From positions 1-56,560 of the forward strand of contig JBHLRZ010000022.1 in assembly GCA_048882045.1 (NCBI GenBank): a DNA stretch of 56,560 nt, in the 5' to 3' direction. The notes beneath the pieces are model-generated. The model saw only the letters and a list, made by a program, of their open reading frames with translations. It made no database searches and was not told the origin of the DNA. Made by a program: the position numbers and the translations under genes. Numbering within the stretch: position 1 is the first letter of the stretch; each line of letters starts with the position of its first letter. Source of the DNA: Candidatus Thorarchaeota archaeon (GTDB taxonomy: Archaea > Asgardarchaeota > Thorarchaeia > Thorarchaeales > Thorarchaeaceae). Of this stretch, positions 39,453-49,179 are shown piece after piece.

Positions 39453-40646
39453 TTGGCTACCATTGATTTAATTGTCGTCGGAGGAGGTCCGGCTGGTGCC
39501 ACTTGCGCCCGTAGAGCAGCACAACTTGGACTTGAAGTATTATTACTTGAAAAAGCAAACCATCCAAGGAGAAAGGCTTGTGGTGGTGGTATAACTGTAA
39601 GAGCGAGAGATGCACTCGATTTTGATATATCAACAGTAATTGAACGTGAAATCTATGGAGTAAGATTACACTCACCGCGTGGATTAGTCATAGAACAGTT
39701 TCGGCCCGAGCTATCAGGTTTCACTGTTCGTAGAGAAGGTTTTGATTTATTACTCCTTCAGAAAGCTAAGGAAGCAGGAGCCGAGGTTATCGAAGGAACT
39801 AAGGTTGTAGATGTCATAGAACGATCAGAATCCGTTCATGTAGTTACAGAAGATGGTACATACATCAGTCGATTGCTTGTTGGTGCTGATGGTACCAATA
39901 GTATTGTTGGAAGGAGATCTGGCATCAAGACTCGTTGGAGAGATGATGAAGTGGGACTTTGTATAGAAGCAGCTGTTCCTGTGGATCCTTCTGAGATATC
40001 TAGGATTGTATATGAGAAATCTCTGATTGAATTCTACTTTGGACGGGTTCTCTATGGGTACGCTTGGGCTTTTCCCAAGAAGACAGAGTTCAGTCTTGGT
40101 ATAGGTGTACGTATGAGCAAGATGCGGAACTTGAAGGATGCATGGAAGAGATTTGTTTCTAGTTTTGAGGAACGACATTCGGTGAAGTGTGACATGCGGG
40201 ATACTGTATCTGCAAGATTACCATTACGAGGAAAGATTATGGACACCTGTTCCAAGAGAGTTATGCTAGCTGGAGATGCTGCAGGTTATGTAGCTCCGCT
40301 TACAGGTGAAGGAATCTTCTACGCTATTGAATCTGGTAAGATTGCTGCCGAAGTCGCAAACGAAGAACTTGCAAAAGGGATGAGTGCAAATGCGTTCTCC
40401 TATGAATTTAGATGTAAGAAAGCATTCAATGAAGACCTTACGATTGCTCATTCACTGGCCAATCATCTCTTCAAATCAAACAAGAATATGGAAATCGCAT
40501 GTCAAGCAGCACATACTGACCGAAAGTTGCTAGAGTATCTCATAGATCTCGTAATGGGTATCAAATCATACAAGGAAACAAGAAACAAGCTTCTCAAGCG
40601 TTTGCTCCAAAAACATCCCCGAAAAGCATTGAGTCTTGTTATCTAG
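39453..40646 (+). CDS. geranylgeranyl reductase family flavoprotein
   Basis: VVGGGPAG, RRKACGGG, GYAWAFPK, GDAAG..APLTGEGI. Confidence 0.85.
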   Translation: MATIDLIVVGGGPAGATCARRAAQLGLEVLLLEKANHPRRKACGGGITVRARDALDFDISTVIEREIYGVRLHSPRGLVIEQFRPELSGFTVRREGFDLLLLQKAKEAGAEVIEGTKVVDVIERSESVHVVTEDGTYISRLLVGADGTNSIVGRRSGIKTRWRDDEVGLCIEAAVPVDPSEISRIVYEKSLIEFYFGRVLYGYAWAFPKKTEFSLGIGVRMSKMRNLKDAWKRFVSSFEERHSVKCDMRDTVSARLPLRGKIMDTCSKRVMLAGDAAGYVAPLTGEGIFYAIESGKIAAEVANEELAKGMSANAFSYEFRCKKAFNEDLTIAHSLANHLFKSNKNMEIACQAAHTDRKLLEYLIDLVMGIKSYKETRNKLLKRLLQKHPRKALSLVI

Positions 40647-40659
40647 ATTAAACCAGACG

Positions 40660-40682
40660 TGGTGGACTCTGCGCGATGTGAA
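40660..40682 (-). repeat. degenerate tRNA-Ile2 3'-end repeat
   Basis: tggtggactctgcgcgatgtgaa versus tggtgggcccggcgcgatttgaa (19/23). Confidence 0.75.
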
Positions 40683-41237
40683 TCAATCGGGTCTTGGGAG
40701 AATCTTATCATAATTGACAGCTGGGAATGGTTCACTTCTCCTTGCCATCCAGACTCCAAGAAGACAAAAGGCAGAAATCAACAATAGAAATCCAATAGAC
40801 AATGGCGTCCAAATGGTAGATTGAATAATCCAAGAAACTTGTGCTTGAATAGTGTCTGACTGGTCTTTGTAGTAAATGTCTGCTTCCAGATTAATAGGAA
40901 CTTCTGCTTGAGTATTCGAAAAGACAATGTACCATGTTGAATTGTAGGGAATTGTGAAATTGAAAGTCTGACCAGCAGATTCCACATTGTGTTCGTAAAG
41001 AAAAACAGTATCATGATTCTTCCAGCTGGTGTAATTGTTTACGTCACAAATGAAGAATTCAATATCTCTACTGACTAAGAAAGATCCCTCTATCCTCCAC
41101 CCTGTGTCTGCATCTCTATAAACTGCAATGAACTGGCCAACACCAAGATCTCTCTCTACGCTAAAAGCTTGAACAAAAACAGGAAACAGAAACAAGACTA
41201 AGAAAGCTATACTGCTTAGTCTTCTCTTATACATCAT
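40683..41237 (-). CDS. secreted single-pass protein with GOLD/emp24-like domain (cassette)
   Basis: signal peptide, IEFFICDV, PYNSTWYIVFSN, C-terminal TM; start reassigned downstream of the tRNA. Confidence 0.7.
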   Translation of the reverse strand: MMYKRRLSSIAFLVLFLFPVFVQAFSVERDLGVGQFIAVYRDADTGWRIEGSFLVSRDIEFFICDVNNYTSWKNHDTVFLYEHNVESAGQTFNFTIPYNSTWYIVFSNTQAEVPINLEADIYYKDQSDTIQAQVSWIIQSTIWTPLSIGFLLLISAFCLLGVWMARRSEPFPAVNYDKILPRPD

Positions 41238-41293
41238 TGCTCCCAAAAGATATACCATTTCATCCAATATCTGATTTTTCTTTTCTGGAAGAA

Positions 41294-41370
41294 TGGTGGG
41301 CCCGGCGCGATTTGAACGCACGACCGACAGGTTATGAGCCTGCTGCTCTACCAAGCTGAGCTACGGGCCC
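41294..41370 (-). tRNA. tRNA with CAU anticodon, probably tRNA-Ile2
   Basis: GGGCCCGTAGCTCAG...CTCATAA...GTTCAAATC...CGGGCCCACCA; the GGGCCC acceptor is Ile-like rather than Met-like. Confidence 0.9.
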
Positions 41371-41419
41371 CAAGCTCGTACCATTGGCTTGAAACTCGTG
41401 ATTGATATTAAGCTTGCGA

Positions 41420-41920
41420 ATGGAATCTAATCTGACTAGTTCAAGTATCAACTCAAGCCTTCCCAACCGCATAGAAGCTGTACAAAATCCCAATGAACGA
41501 GTCCAAAATATTCCGACTTTAAATTCTCTTGCTGGAACATCGATTCGATTCATAGGTGCGGATATGATGATTCTGTTGTTCACTTCGGACTACTGCACTT
41601 GGTGTGGAGTCCTCAAGACAATGCTGGAAGAGGAATGCCGGACTTTAGGAACTGAACAGCAGGTCTATGAAGTGGATGTCGAAAAACAGCATCGCATTGC
41701 TGAAGCGTTCGGAATATTGGCTGTTCCCACGCTGGTGGCTGGTTCTTACATGATATCTGGAGTGCCCACTGTTGATGATCTTCACTCATTCCTTCTGCAG
41801 GCTGTTTCACGTGGAATTCTAAGGCCAGGAAAGAAGATGGTACAGTCAGTTCTCCGTGAAGTCCGCCAAATCAGAGGATCTGAGGGGCGTAATGACCAAA
41901 TGGTCCGTACTGTATCATAA
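41420..41920 (+). CDS. thioredoxin-fold protein
   Basis: YCTWC, GILAVPTL; start uncertain. Confidence 0.75.
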   Translation: MESNLTSSSINSSLPNRIEAVQNPNERVQNIPTLNSLAGTSIRFIGADMMILLFTSDYCTWCGVLKTMLEEECRTLGTEQQVYEVDVEKQHRIAEAFGILAVPTLVAGSYMISGVPTVDDLHSFLLQAVSRGILRPGKKMVQSVLREVRQIRGSEGRNDQMVRTVS

Positions 41921-41978
41921 ACTGAATGCGACCTCTGCACAATCTTAATAACAACTTTCCAAAACTCTCGATGCTACA

Positions 41979-42086
41979 GCCCCAGTAGTGTAGCCCGGCC
42001 CAGCATCTAGGCCTTTCGAGTCTAAGAGGCTTCGAAGGTTCTTCGAGGTCGAGAAAACCCGGGTTCGAATCCCGGCTGGGGCACCA
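41979..42086 (+). tRNA. tRNA-Glu(UUC) with 30-nt intron at 45/46 (42027-42056)
   Basis: GCCCCAG acceptor, TAGGC-CTTTCGA-GTCTA anticodon arm, hairpin intron with relaxed BHB, GGTTCGAATCC, CCA. Confidence 0.9.
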
Positions 42087-42181
42087 CATTCAATTTTGCT
42101 ACCCATCTTTCGGTCATAACTGATAAATCACACCGCACCATAAGAAAATGGGTAATTCGCATTAGAAGCGGAGAGAAAGAT

Positions 42182-43906
42182 ATGACTATGTTGACAGGCG
42201 GTGAAGTCCTTACAAAGTGCCTTCTACAAGAAAACGTCAAGTATGTCTTTGGAGTTCCAGGTGACCAACTCTATCCCCTGCTTGACTCGATTCATACCTC
42301 TGATGGAATAGACTTCGTGACATTTAGACATGAACAAGCTGCAGCACATGCTGCAGACGCTTGGGCTAGAACCACAGGTGACCCTGGGGTATGTTTGGGT
42401 ACAGTAGGGCCTGGAGCCGCTGACTTGGTTCCTGGAGTATATCCGGCATTTGCTGACAGTATCCCAATGATAGTACTCTGTGCACAGAATCAGTCATGGC
42501 GAATCAATCCAGACCATGGAAGTACTCAGGGACTCGATCAGCTAAATCTATTCAAATCCATCACCAAATGGGGTGCCACAGTTTCCCATTGGCAGAGAAT
42601 ACCTCATCTGGTTCACTGGGCTTTCCGTGAGGCACTCTCTGGAAGGCCAGGTCCAGTCTTCCTAGATATCCCCTCAGATGTCCTCTACTTGAAGTGCAAG
42701 GAGGACACTCTAGAGGATGGAATTGTCACTGCTGATAGATATAGAATGACAACACCTCCTGTGGGGGACCCTGGTCTGATTGCAGATGCTGCCAAAATGT
42801 TACTGAGTGCTAAGTTCCCACTCTTACATGCAGGTGGCGGTGTTCTTGCTTCAAATGCTACTGAAGAACTCACAGCCTTGGCTGAACACCTTCAAGCTCC
42901 TGTCACAACTTCAGTCGGAGCAAGAGGGGCAATTCCAGAGGACCATCCACTCTCCCTTACTCCTGCAAGCTTTGGAGCGATAGGTGCTCAATGCGAGTCA
43001 GACTTAGTCCTGTTGGTTGGTGGCCGACTTGGAGACCTCGACTTTTGGGGAAAAACACCAGCGTGGGGTGATTGTGCAGAACAACGTCTAATCCAGATTG
43101 ACATAGCCCCTGAGATGATAGCCCATAACCGCGTTGTTGATCTTGCGATTGTTGGGGATGCTAAAAGAACACTCTCTGAGATTCTAAAACATGTCAAGAG
43201 TAAACCAAAGTCAAAACCTCGGCTAGCGATGACTGATTGTCAACAGGCTCAAGAAAACTGGCTTGAAGATTTCATTGAGCAGGGCAAATCAAACAAAACT
43301 CCAATTCATCCTCTAAGAATGATTCAGGAGGTTCGAAACTTTTTCCCCCGAGATGCAATTTCAATAATGGACGGTGGGAACATAGTTGTCTGGGCAAATT
43401 ACCTAAACAAGATATTCGAACCGAGAACATTCCTCTGGCCGTCTGACTCTGGTCATCTTGGTGTCGGAACAGGTTACGCAATAGGTTCAAAGCTTGCTCA
43501 TCCTAACACGGAGGTCTATGTAATTTCTGGAGATGGAGCGTTCATGTTCAATGCTCAAGAGCTTGAAACAGCCAGACGATTAGGTATTGCATTCACTATT
43601 GCAATTGCAAACGATAGAGCATATGGGATGATAAAAGCTGGTCAAAAGGGACTCTACGAAGAACGTTATGTTGGAGTAGACTTTGTTGATGTACGATATG
43701 ACAAAATCGCAGAGGCTATGGGTTGTTTTGGTCTTAGAGTGAAAAAGCCCGAAGACCTTGCTCCAGCACTCCAAAAGGCAAAGGATTCTGGTCTACCTGC
43801 AGTGCTTGACATAGTTATTGATCCAAACATCAACCTAGTTCCACCTGATTTTGATTCGGTAGCTTCAGTATGGCTTGAGGGCTGTCAGCTCCCAGGTGAT
43901 GAATAG
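42182..43906 (+). CDS. thiamine-pyrophosphate enzyme (acetolactate synthase / 2-hydroxyacyl-CoA lyase family)
   Basis: VFGVPG, RHEQAAAHAADAWAR, GDGAFMF..QELETA...ND. Confidence 0.85.
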   Translation: MTMLTGGEVLTKCLLQENVKYVFGVPGDQLYPLLDSIHTSDGIDFVTFRHEQAAAHAADAWARTTGDPGVCLGTVGPGAADLVPGVYPAFADSIPMIVLCAQNQSWRINPDHGSTQGLDQLNLFKSITKWGATVSHWQRIPHLVHWAFREALSGRPGPVFLDIPSDVLYLKCKEDTLEDGIVTADRYRMTTPPVGDPGLIADAAKMLLSAKFPLLHAGGGVLASNATEELTALAEHLQAPVTTSVGARGAIPEDHPLSLTPASFGAIGAQCESDLVLLVGGRLGDLDFWGKTPAWGDCAEQRLIQIDIAPEMIAHNRVVDLAIVGDAKRTLSEILKHVKSKPKSKPRLAMTDCQQAQENWLEDFIEQGKSNKTPIHPLRMIQEVRNFFPRDAISIMDGGNIVVWANYLNKIFEPRTFLWPSDSGHLGVGTGYAIGSKLAHPNTEVYVISGDGAFMFNAQELETARRLGIAFTIAIANDRAYGMIKAGQKGLYEERYVGVDFVDVRYDKIAEAMGCFGLRVKKPEDLAPALQKAKDSGLPAVLDIVIDPNINLVPPDFDSVASVWLEGCQLPGDE

Positions 43907-44920
43907 ATGAAGGCAGCTGTGTTTGAAGGCATCCTTGATATTCAGGTGAAGGATGTTCCAGAACCAGATCTTGGTCCTACAGACGTTTTGATAGTGCCAA
44001 AGTATGTTGGCATTTGTGGCTCGGATCTCAGCGCATGGGAGTATGGAATGTATGAAGCTGGGTTGATACTAGGACATGAGTTTTCAGGCGATGTCATAGA
44101 AGTTGGTAGAGAAGTCACCGATTTGAAGAAGGGCGATAGAGTCGTACCCAACTCTCTTCTTCCTTGTGGTAAATGCGAATTTTGTAAGAAGCAGAAGTTC
44201 TCAATCTGTGATGATATGCAGATGATAGGCATCTCAATGAATGGCGGATTGGCAGAACGAGTTGCTGTTCCCCAAGACATGCTTCATCGACTACCTGATT
44301 CCATTGACTACAAAAAGGGTGCTCTGATTGAGCCATTGTCGATTGCAGTTCGCGGGTTTGATTTAATTGACTTCAAACCGGGGAGCAGTGTGCTCGTTCT
44401 GGGCACGGGTCCGATTGGAATTTTAAGTGTGTATCTGGCAAAACTGCGAGGAGCTTCGGTAGTATATGCATCTGAGATACGGAATGCACGACTTGAGATG
44501 GCGAGAACAGCAGGAGCAGATGTATCAATCAATCCATCAAAGGAGTCATTGCCACTCAGAATTGAGAGTCTGACTCATGGTGTGGGTGTTGATGTGGTTG
44601 TAGAATGCGCAGGTGCTCCCGGTCCGAGTTCTGAATCTTTTCAACTTGCGAAAAGAGGCGGGACTATTTTGGTTCTTGGAATCAGCGAGGAACCTGTTGA
44701 GGTTGATTTCATGCGAGGCGTATTGAACGAACTCAACCTTCAGTTCAGTTATTTAGGCTATGCTGAATTCCCAGAAGCAATTCGGCTACTTGCAGAGGGT
44801 CTGATAGATCCCACATCAATGATATCTAGAATTATACCTCTGAGCAAGGTGGTTGAAGATGGTTTTGAAGCACTGGCCCGTCCTGATAATCAGGATGTCA
44901 AAGTGCTGGTTGAGATATAA
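43907..44920 (+). CDS. zinc-dependent medium-chain alcohol dehydrogenase
   Basis: GICGSD, GHEFSG, CGKCEFC, GTGPIG. Confidence 0.9.
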   Translation: MKAAVFEGILDIQVKDVPEPDLGPTDVLIVPKYVGICGSDLSAWEYGMYEAGLILGHEFSGDVIEVGREVTDLKKGDRVVPNSLLPCGKCEFCKKQKFSICDDMQMIGISMNGGLAERVAVPQDMLHRLPDSIDYKKGALIEPLSIAVRGFDLIDFKPGSSVLVLGTGPIGILSVYLAKLRGASVVYASEIRNARLEMARTAGADVSINPSKESLPLRIESLTHGVGVDVVVECAGAPGPSSESFQLAKRGGTILVLGISEEPVEVDFMRGVLNELNLQFSYLGYAEFPEAIRLLAEGLIDPTSMISRIIPLSKVVEDGFEALARPDNQDVKVLVEI

Positions 44921-45370
44921 TTGGAGGAATATAATGTGAGCAAGAGACTAGAACTTGGATCTGACGAATATCGAAGTGAGTTTAGGAAACGAATAAACAG
45001 TGATCAGGAATATGCCAAATTGGCAAGCAGTGTTGAGGATTCCTATACATTGGTCCTGCAGGCTGAGCCAGACAAAGGAGTTCCGGACACAAGGATTGTT
45101 GGCTTTGAGATAAAGCAGGGTAAAATGACTGATATTTGGACTGGTGAGAAAGACACCTCTTTCATCCTTAGTGCTCCGTACCGAGTCTGGGTGGATATAC
45201 TCCTAGGCAAAATAGGTGCAAATCGAGCATTCATAACAAGGAAGTTGAGCATCAAAGGCAACATGCCAAGATTGCTAAAGACTGCAAAAGCCACAGACAG
45301 GCTCGTAACCTTGTTACGTGAGGTTCCTACTGAATTTCATGGTGAATACAACAATCAATCGTTTGGATGA
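44921..45370 (+). CDS. SCP2 sterol/lipid-binding domain protein
   Basis: APYRVW..IL.GK.....AF.T.KL.IKGNM pattern. Confidence 0.75.
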   Translation: MEEYNVSKRLELGSDEYRSEFRKRINSDQEYAKLASSVEDSYTLVLQAEPDKGVPDTRIVGFEIKQGKMTDIWTGEKDTSFILSAPYRVWVDILLGKIGANRAFITRKLSIKGNMPRLLKTAKATDRLVTLLREVPTEFHGEYNNQSFG

Positions 45371-45384
45371 CAATACCACTCGAT

Positions 45385-46248
45385 TCAATTCATCGATAGA
45401 AGCATATTGAAGTCTGCAGATTTGAACGAGTGAGTGAGTGCTCCTGATGAGAGGACATCAATCCCGGTTGCCGCGTACTCCTTTGCATTCTCCTCATTAA
45501 TCCCTCCAGAAATCTCTAGAATCACTTTATCACGAAGACCTTCACTTTTGAGTACCTCCACTACCCCTCTGACATCTTTAGGTTTGAAGTTATCAAGAAG
45601 TATTATGTCTGCTCCTGCCCCAATTGCTTCCTGAGCCTCCTGTAGTGTGCGTGCTTCACATGAAATCTTCTTGCTGAAAGAAACACCTTCCCGTGCTGCA
45701 GCGACAGCTTCTCTAACTCCTCCTGCTGCAGTGATATGATTGTTCTTGATCAAAACCATATCATCCAAAGCATAGCGGTGTGTGTCACCACCCCCAACGA
45801 CCACTGCACGCTTCTCGAAGAAGCGGAAGCCAGGCGTGGTCTTTCTTGTGGCGGCCACTTTGATTCTGGGATTGCCTTCTCTGGCCACCCTGACCATTTT
45901 ATAGACCTTGGTGGCGATTCCACTCATCCGCTGTATAATGTTGAGACACACGCGCTCTATAGTGAGAAGAGTCCTTGCTGAACCTTTCAGTCGCATAACT
46001 GGAGTTTGAGGGTCCACCCAATTTCCTTCGAATGCTAACACCTCATATTCAAGACCTGAGAAATCAGCTATTGCAGCAACCTCCTCAATCCCCGCCAGAA
46101 TGGCTTTCTCTTTGGCGTATATAGTTGCAAGTGCCTTGGTGTCTTCAGGCACAGTCAATCTAGTAGTGAGATCTCCTGACCGAACATCCTCGTCAATGAA
46201 CTTCTTCAGTGTCTCAATTACTTCAGGAGGAAGGTTGCCAAACTTCAA
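45385..46248 (-). CDS. nadC: nicotinate-nucleotide diphosphorylase
   Basis: TRKTTPG, HRYALDD.VLIKNNH, LLDNF, EISGGI. Confidence 0.95.
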   Translation of the reverse strand: MKFGNLPPEVIETLKKFIDEDVRSGDLTTRLTVPEDTKALATIYAKEKAILAGIEEVAAIADFSGLEYEVLAFEGNWVDPQTPVMRLKGSARTLLTIERVCLNIIQRMSGIATKVYKMVRVAREGNPRIKVAATRKTTPGFRFFEKRAVVVGGGDTHRYALDDMVLIKNNHITAAGGVREAVAAAREGVSFSKKISCEARTLQEAQEAIGAGADIILLDNFKPKDVRGVVEVLKSEGLRDKVILEISGGINEENAKEYAATGIDVLSSGALTHSFKSADFNMLLSMN

Positions 46249-46884
46249 TCAATCACACGTCCTTGGATGTCTGGGATTCCTAACGATATTTCCCCTTGGT
46301 GTTTCCTCACCGAATATCTCTGCTTGAAACGACATAAACTCAGTCTCAGGATCTCTCCACATATCAAGTGGCAGACCAGCTTTGTTGCAGGTGTGTTCGA
46401 GAAACTCTCTGGTGTTCCACTTCCAATCCACCGGGACCTGAGGAAGGAGTAGACCTCGAAACATTCCTCTGCTTGCAATCAGACCATCCCGACCCACTTT
46501 CACAAGATCCAGAAGTTCTTCCGGTTTAGAATACTCGATTTTCTTCGGTGGTGTCAGTACGCTCAAATCCACAATGATTGAGTCTAGCTCTCTTGGAGAA
46601 ACTGCAGGAAATCGTGGATCGTTCATTGCTGAATCCACAGCAGAGTCAATTATTGCTTCTACTAAGGGAAGTGATGGATAGGGACGACCAATACAGCCTC
46701 TGAGGTTCACTTGATTCCCCGATATGGAATTCAGAGTAACGAAGACCCCTGATTTGTCATGCAGATGCTCTGGAGTGTCTTTAGGAACCTCCATCTTCTG
46801 TTGAGAAGTTACAATGTTGTCAACCGTTTTCCTTGCCAGATTCACGAGAAAGACACCATCATCGTCAGAGAACACATCAGTCAC
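46249..46884 (-). CDS. AMMECR1 family protein (TIGR00296)
   Basis: GVFVTL, LRGCIG, DPRF, GLLLPQV. Confidence 0.9.
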   Translation of the reverse strand: MTDVFSDDDGVFLVNLARKTVDNIVTSQQKMEVPKDTPEHLHDKSGVFVTLNSISGNQVNLRGCIGRPYPSLPLVEAIIDSAVDSAMNDPRFPAVSPRELDSIIVDLSVLTPPKKIEYSKPEELLDLVKVGRDGLIASRGMFRGLLLPQVPVDWKWNTREFLEHTCNKAGLPLDMWRDPETEFMSFQAEIFGEETPRGNIVRNPRHPRTCD

Positions 46885-46939
46885 AACAAATCAATCCCTG
46901 TTTTCTGTCATTGTCTGTGGTTATTTATACTTGCACTGT

Positions 46940-48253
46940 TCAGGTTTTCTGCACTGGTACCGTTCCGACAATTCCTGGTCCTAGAACGAACTCTCCATCT
47001 TTGAACACGACCTCTCCTCCCACAATCGTAGTAATAACACGTGCCAAGACCCTCCGGCCCTCAAAAGGAGTGATCTTTGCCTTTGAAAAGAAATTACTGC
47101 CAGATATGGTCCCCTCTTGTATTCTCGCAAGTACAATATCTGCGTCATAGCCTTTGGTGAGGATCCCTTTTGTATCGAGTCCAAGAATTCTGGCTGGAGC
47201 TGAACAACAGACCCTTAGGAAGTCTATCCATGTCATTCGTTTTTCGAAGACCTCGGTAAGCATCACAGGTAGAACAGTTTCAAGTCCCGGTATACCCGAG
47301 GAGGCTTTCAAAAAAGGTGCTGTCTTCTCCCACTTTTTATGAGGGGCATGATCAGTAGCTATACAATCGATAGCGCAGCTCTGTGTTAGATATTCCCAGA
47401 GCATTCGGTTGTCATGGGGCGATCTCAGAGGGGGAAGCATTTTCGCTGTACCGTCATCGTGAGGGAAATCGCCACCTGTTAGGAACAGATGATGGGGAGT
47501 GACCTCAGCTGTCAATGTGTCCTCAGCCCTATTCTCATGGACTAGTCTGGCTGTTGCTGCGCAACTGATGTGACATACATGCAACCGAGCCTCATACTCG
47601 ATCTTTGCATCGATAAACGCTTGGAGTGAATTTGTTTCACTCTCGCAACTGTGAATGAGAAAGAACTCCTCTAGAGAACTTGGTACTTGGGTCATGTTTG
47701 GTAGTTCTGGATGGAATAGCAACGGAATCTCACTTGCCCGAGCGAGCTTCATGCAGTCCCTGATCCGGTTCTTGTTGTAGATTGATTCTTTGTCCAATGG
47801 GGCATGAGGGTACACCTTCAAACCTAGAATGTCACGGAGCATCTGAACATCAAAGTATTCAATATTATGAGGAATCCCTGCATAGAATCCGACGTTGACA
47901 TATCGTGACTCAAGCGCTCGTCCGATTTTTTCGTCGAGTACCTTCTTATCTAGGACCGGAGGATTCGAGTTTGGCATGTCCACAACAGTGGTAACACCGC
48001 CAGCAGCTGCAGCCATTGTACCAGTTTCATAGTCCTCCTTGTCAGTCTGTTTGAGGTCTCTGAGATGTACATGAATGTCTATCAAACCTGGTAGAATGTA
48101 CAGTCCTCTACAATCTATGACATCTCTACTCTGCGGTTCCTCTCGTTGTTTGTAGATTCCCTCTATTTTTCCTGCGTCAATTCCTACAGAACGAATGGTC
48201 TCTCTCCCGTTCTCAATGAAAATACCATCTTTGAGGACCAAATCTATAGGCAT
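46940..48253 (-). CDS. pyrC: dihydroorotase
   Basis: PGLIDIHVHLR, GGVTTVVDMPN, EVTPHHL, ATDHAPH. Confidence 0.85.
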   Translation of the reverse strand: MPIDLVLKDGIFIENGRETIRSVGIDAGKIEGIYKQREEPQSRDVIDCRGLYILPGLIDIHVHLRDLKQTDKEDYETGTMAAAAGGVTTVVDMPNSNPPVLDKKVLDEKIGRALESRYVNVGFYAGIPHNIEYFDVQMLRDILGLKVYPHAPLDKESIYNKNRIRDCMKLARASEIPLLFHPELPNMTQVPSSLEEFFLIHSCESETNSLQAFIDAKIEYEARLHVCHISCAATARLVHENRAEDTLTAEVTPHHLFLTGGDFPHDDGTAKMLPPLRSPHDNRMLWEYLTQSCAIDCIATDHAPHKKWEKTAPFLKASSGIPGLETVLPVMLTEVFEKRMTWIDFLRVCCSAPARILGLDTKGILTKGYDADIVLARIQEGTISGSNFFSKAKITPFEGRRVLARVITTIVGGEVVFKDGEFVLGPGIVGTVPVQKT

Positions 48254-48302
48254 GAGTCATCAACAACGCCAATGGAAGTAAGTATGTACTGTCACTGAAC
48301 AT

Positions 48303-49121
48303 CTATTCAGATGCATCAGGAACCTTATACTTGTTTGCAACAAACCGAGTGAAGTCAGTTGCACTGATCATTCCAATGAGTCTGTTTTTCTCTCCTACTA
48401 CAGGTAGAGTATTCAGGTTTGCATCGAGCATCTTTGCAGCCGCATCAGAGATTGACTCTTCTGGAGTCGCAAGTGGGGGCTGTTGAAGCATAGCATCTAC
48501 AACTCGAATTTGTCTAACTTGGTTTGCACGATGTTTGTCTGGGACCTCCACAGTGAATTTAGCCATTGCCACCGCAACCATCCTTTCTGTTATTAAACCA
48601 AGCACACGACCGCCATCGGTGACAGGCATACCTGAGAAACCGGCAACTAGCATATCTCCTCTAGCCTTCACAAGACGTGAAACCGGGTTGACCTGAAGGA
48701 TGTCCTCAGTGGTCATGAGATCCTTGACCTTGACATCTTTGAACTTCTTCACAAGCTCTGAAATCTGAACTTTGGTGATGACGCCTTGAAGTTTCCCGTC
48801 CTTATCAACAACTGGACATCCACTCATTCCACGTTCACACATGAGCTGGGCGACATCTGTCACCTCATCGTCTGGATCAACAGTGATCACTGTATCAGTC
48901 ATTGCACTAGTTACATGGAGTCTCTTGATTGAGAGGGCCACTACTTTGCTGACACCTAATCTATCAGCAATATCAGCGTAGGTGAGGATTCCTTTGACCT
49001 CCCCATTGTCAGACACAATCAGTCTCTCTACACCTTTCTTCTCAAGCAATTCGAGCGCATATGACAATCTCTGATCTTTGTCGATAGTCACAGGCTCGAC
49101 CATGATTTGGCTAACTTTCAA
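48303..49121 (-). CDS. CBS domain protein (four CBS)
   Basis: repeated CBS motifs. Confidence 0.85.
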   Translation of the reverse strand: MKVSQIMVEPVTIDKDQRLSYALELLEKKGVERLIVSDNGEVKGILTYADIADRLGVSKVVALSIKRLHVTSAMTDTVITVDPDDEVTDVAQLMCERGMSGCPVVDKDGKLQGVITKVQISELVKKFKDVKVKDLMTTEDILQVNPVSRLVKARGDMLVAGFSGMPVTDGGRVLGLITERMVAVAMAKFTVEVPDKHRANQVRQIRVVDAMLQQPPLATPEESISDAAAKMLDANLNTLPVVGEKNRLIGMISATDFTRFVANKYKVPDASE

Positions 49122-49179
49122 TACAACAGTCTCCTATTCTCAATTTCTAACACAATACTGGTTCTTAGCGCTTGACCAA

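Noticed and set aside
41238-41354. N-terminal extension of ORF 40683-41354
   Set aside because: Overlaps tRNA-Ile2; the signal peptide begins at 41237.
41871-42240. Minus-strand ORFs over tRNA-Glu
   Set aside because: Antisense shadows of the tRNA gene.
42087-45384. A cassette array downstream of tRNA-Glu
   Set aside because: No copy of the Glu 3' end found by eye in the downstream intergenic gaps.
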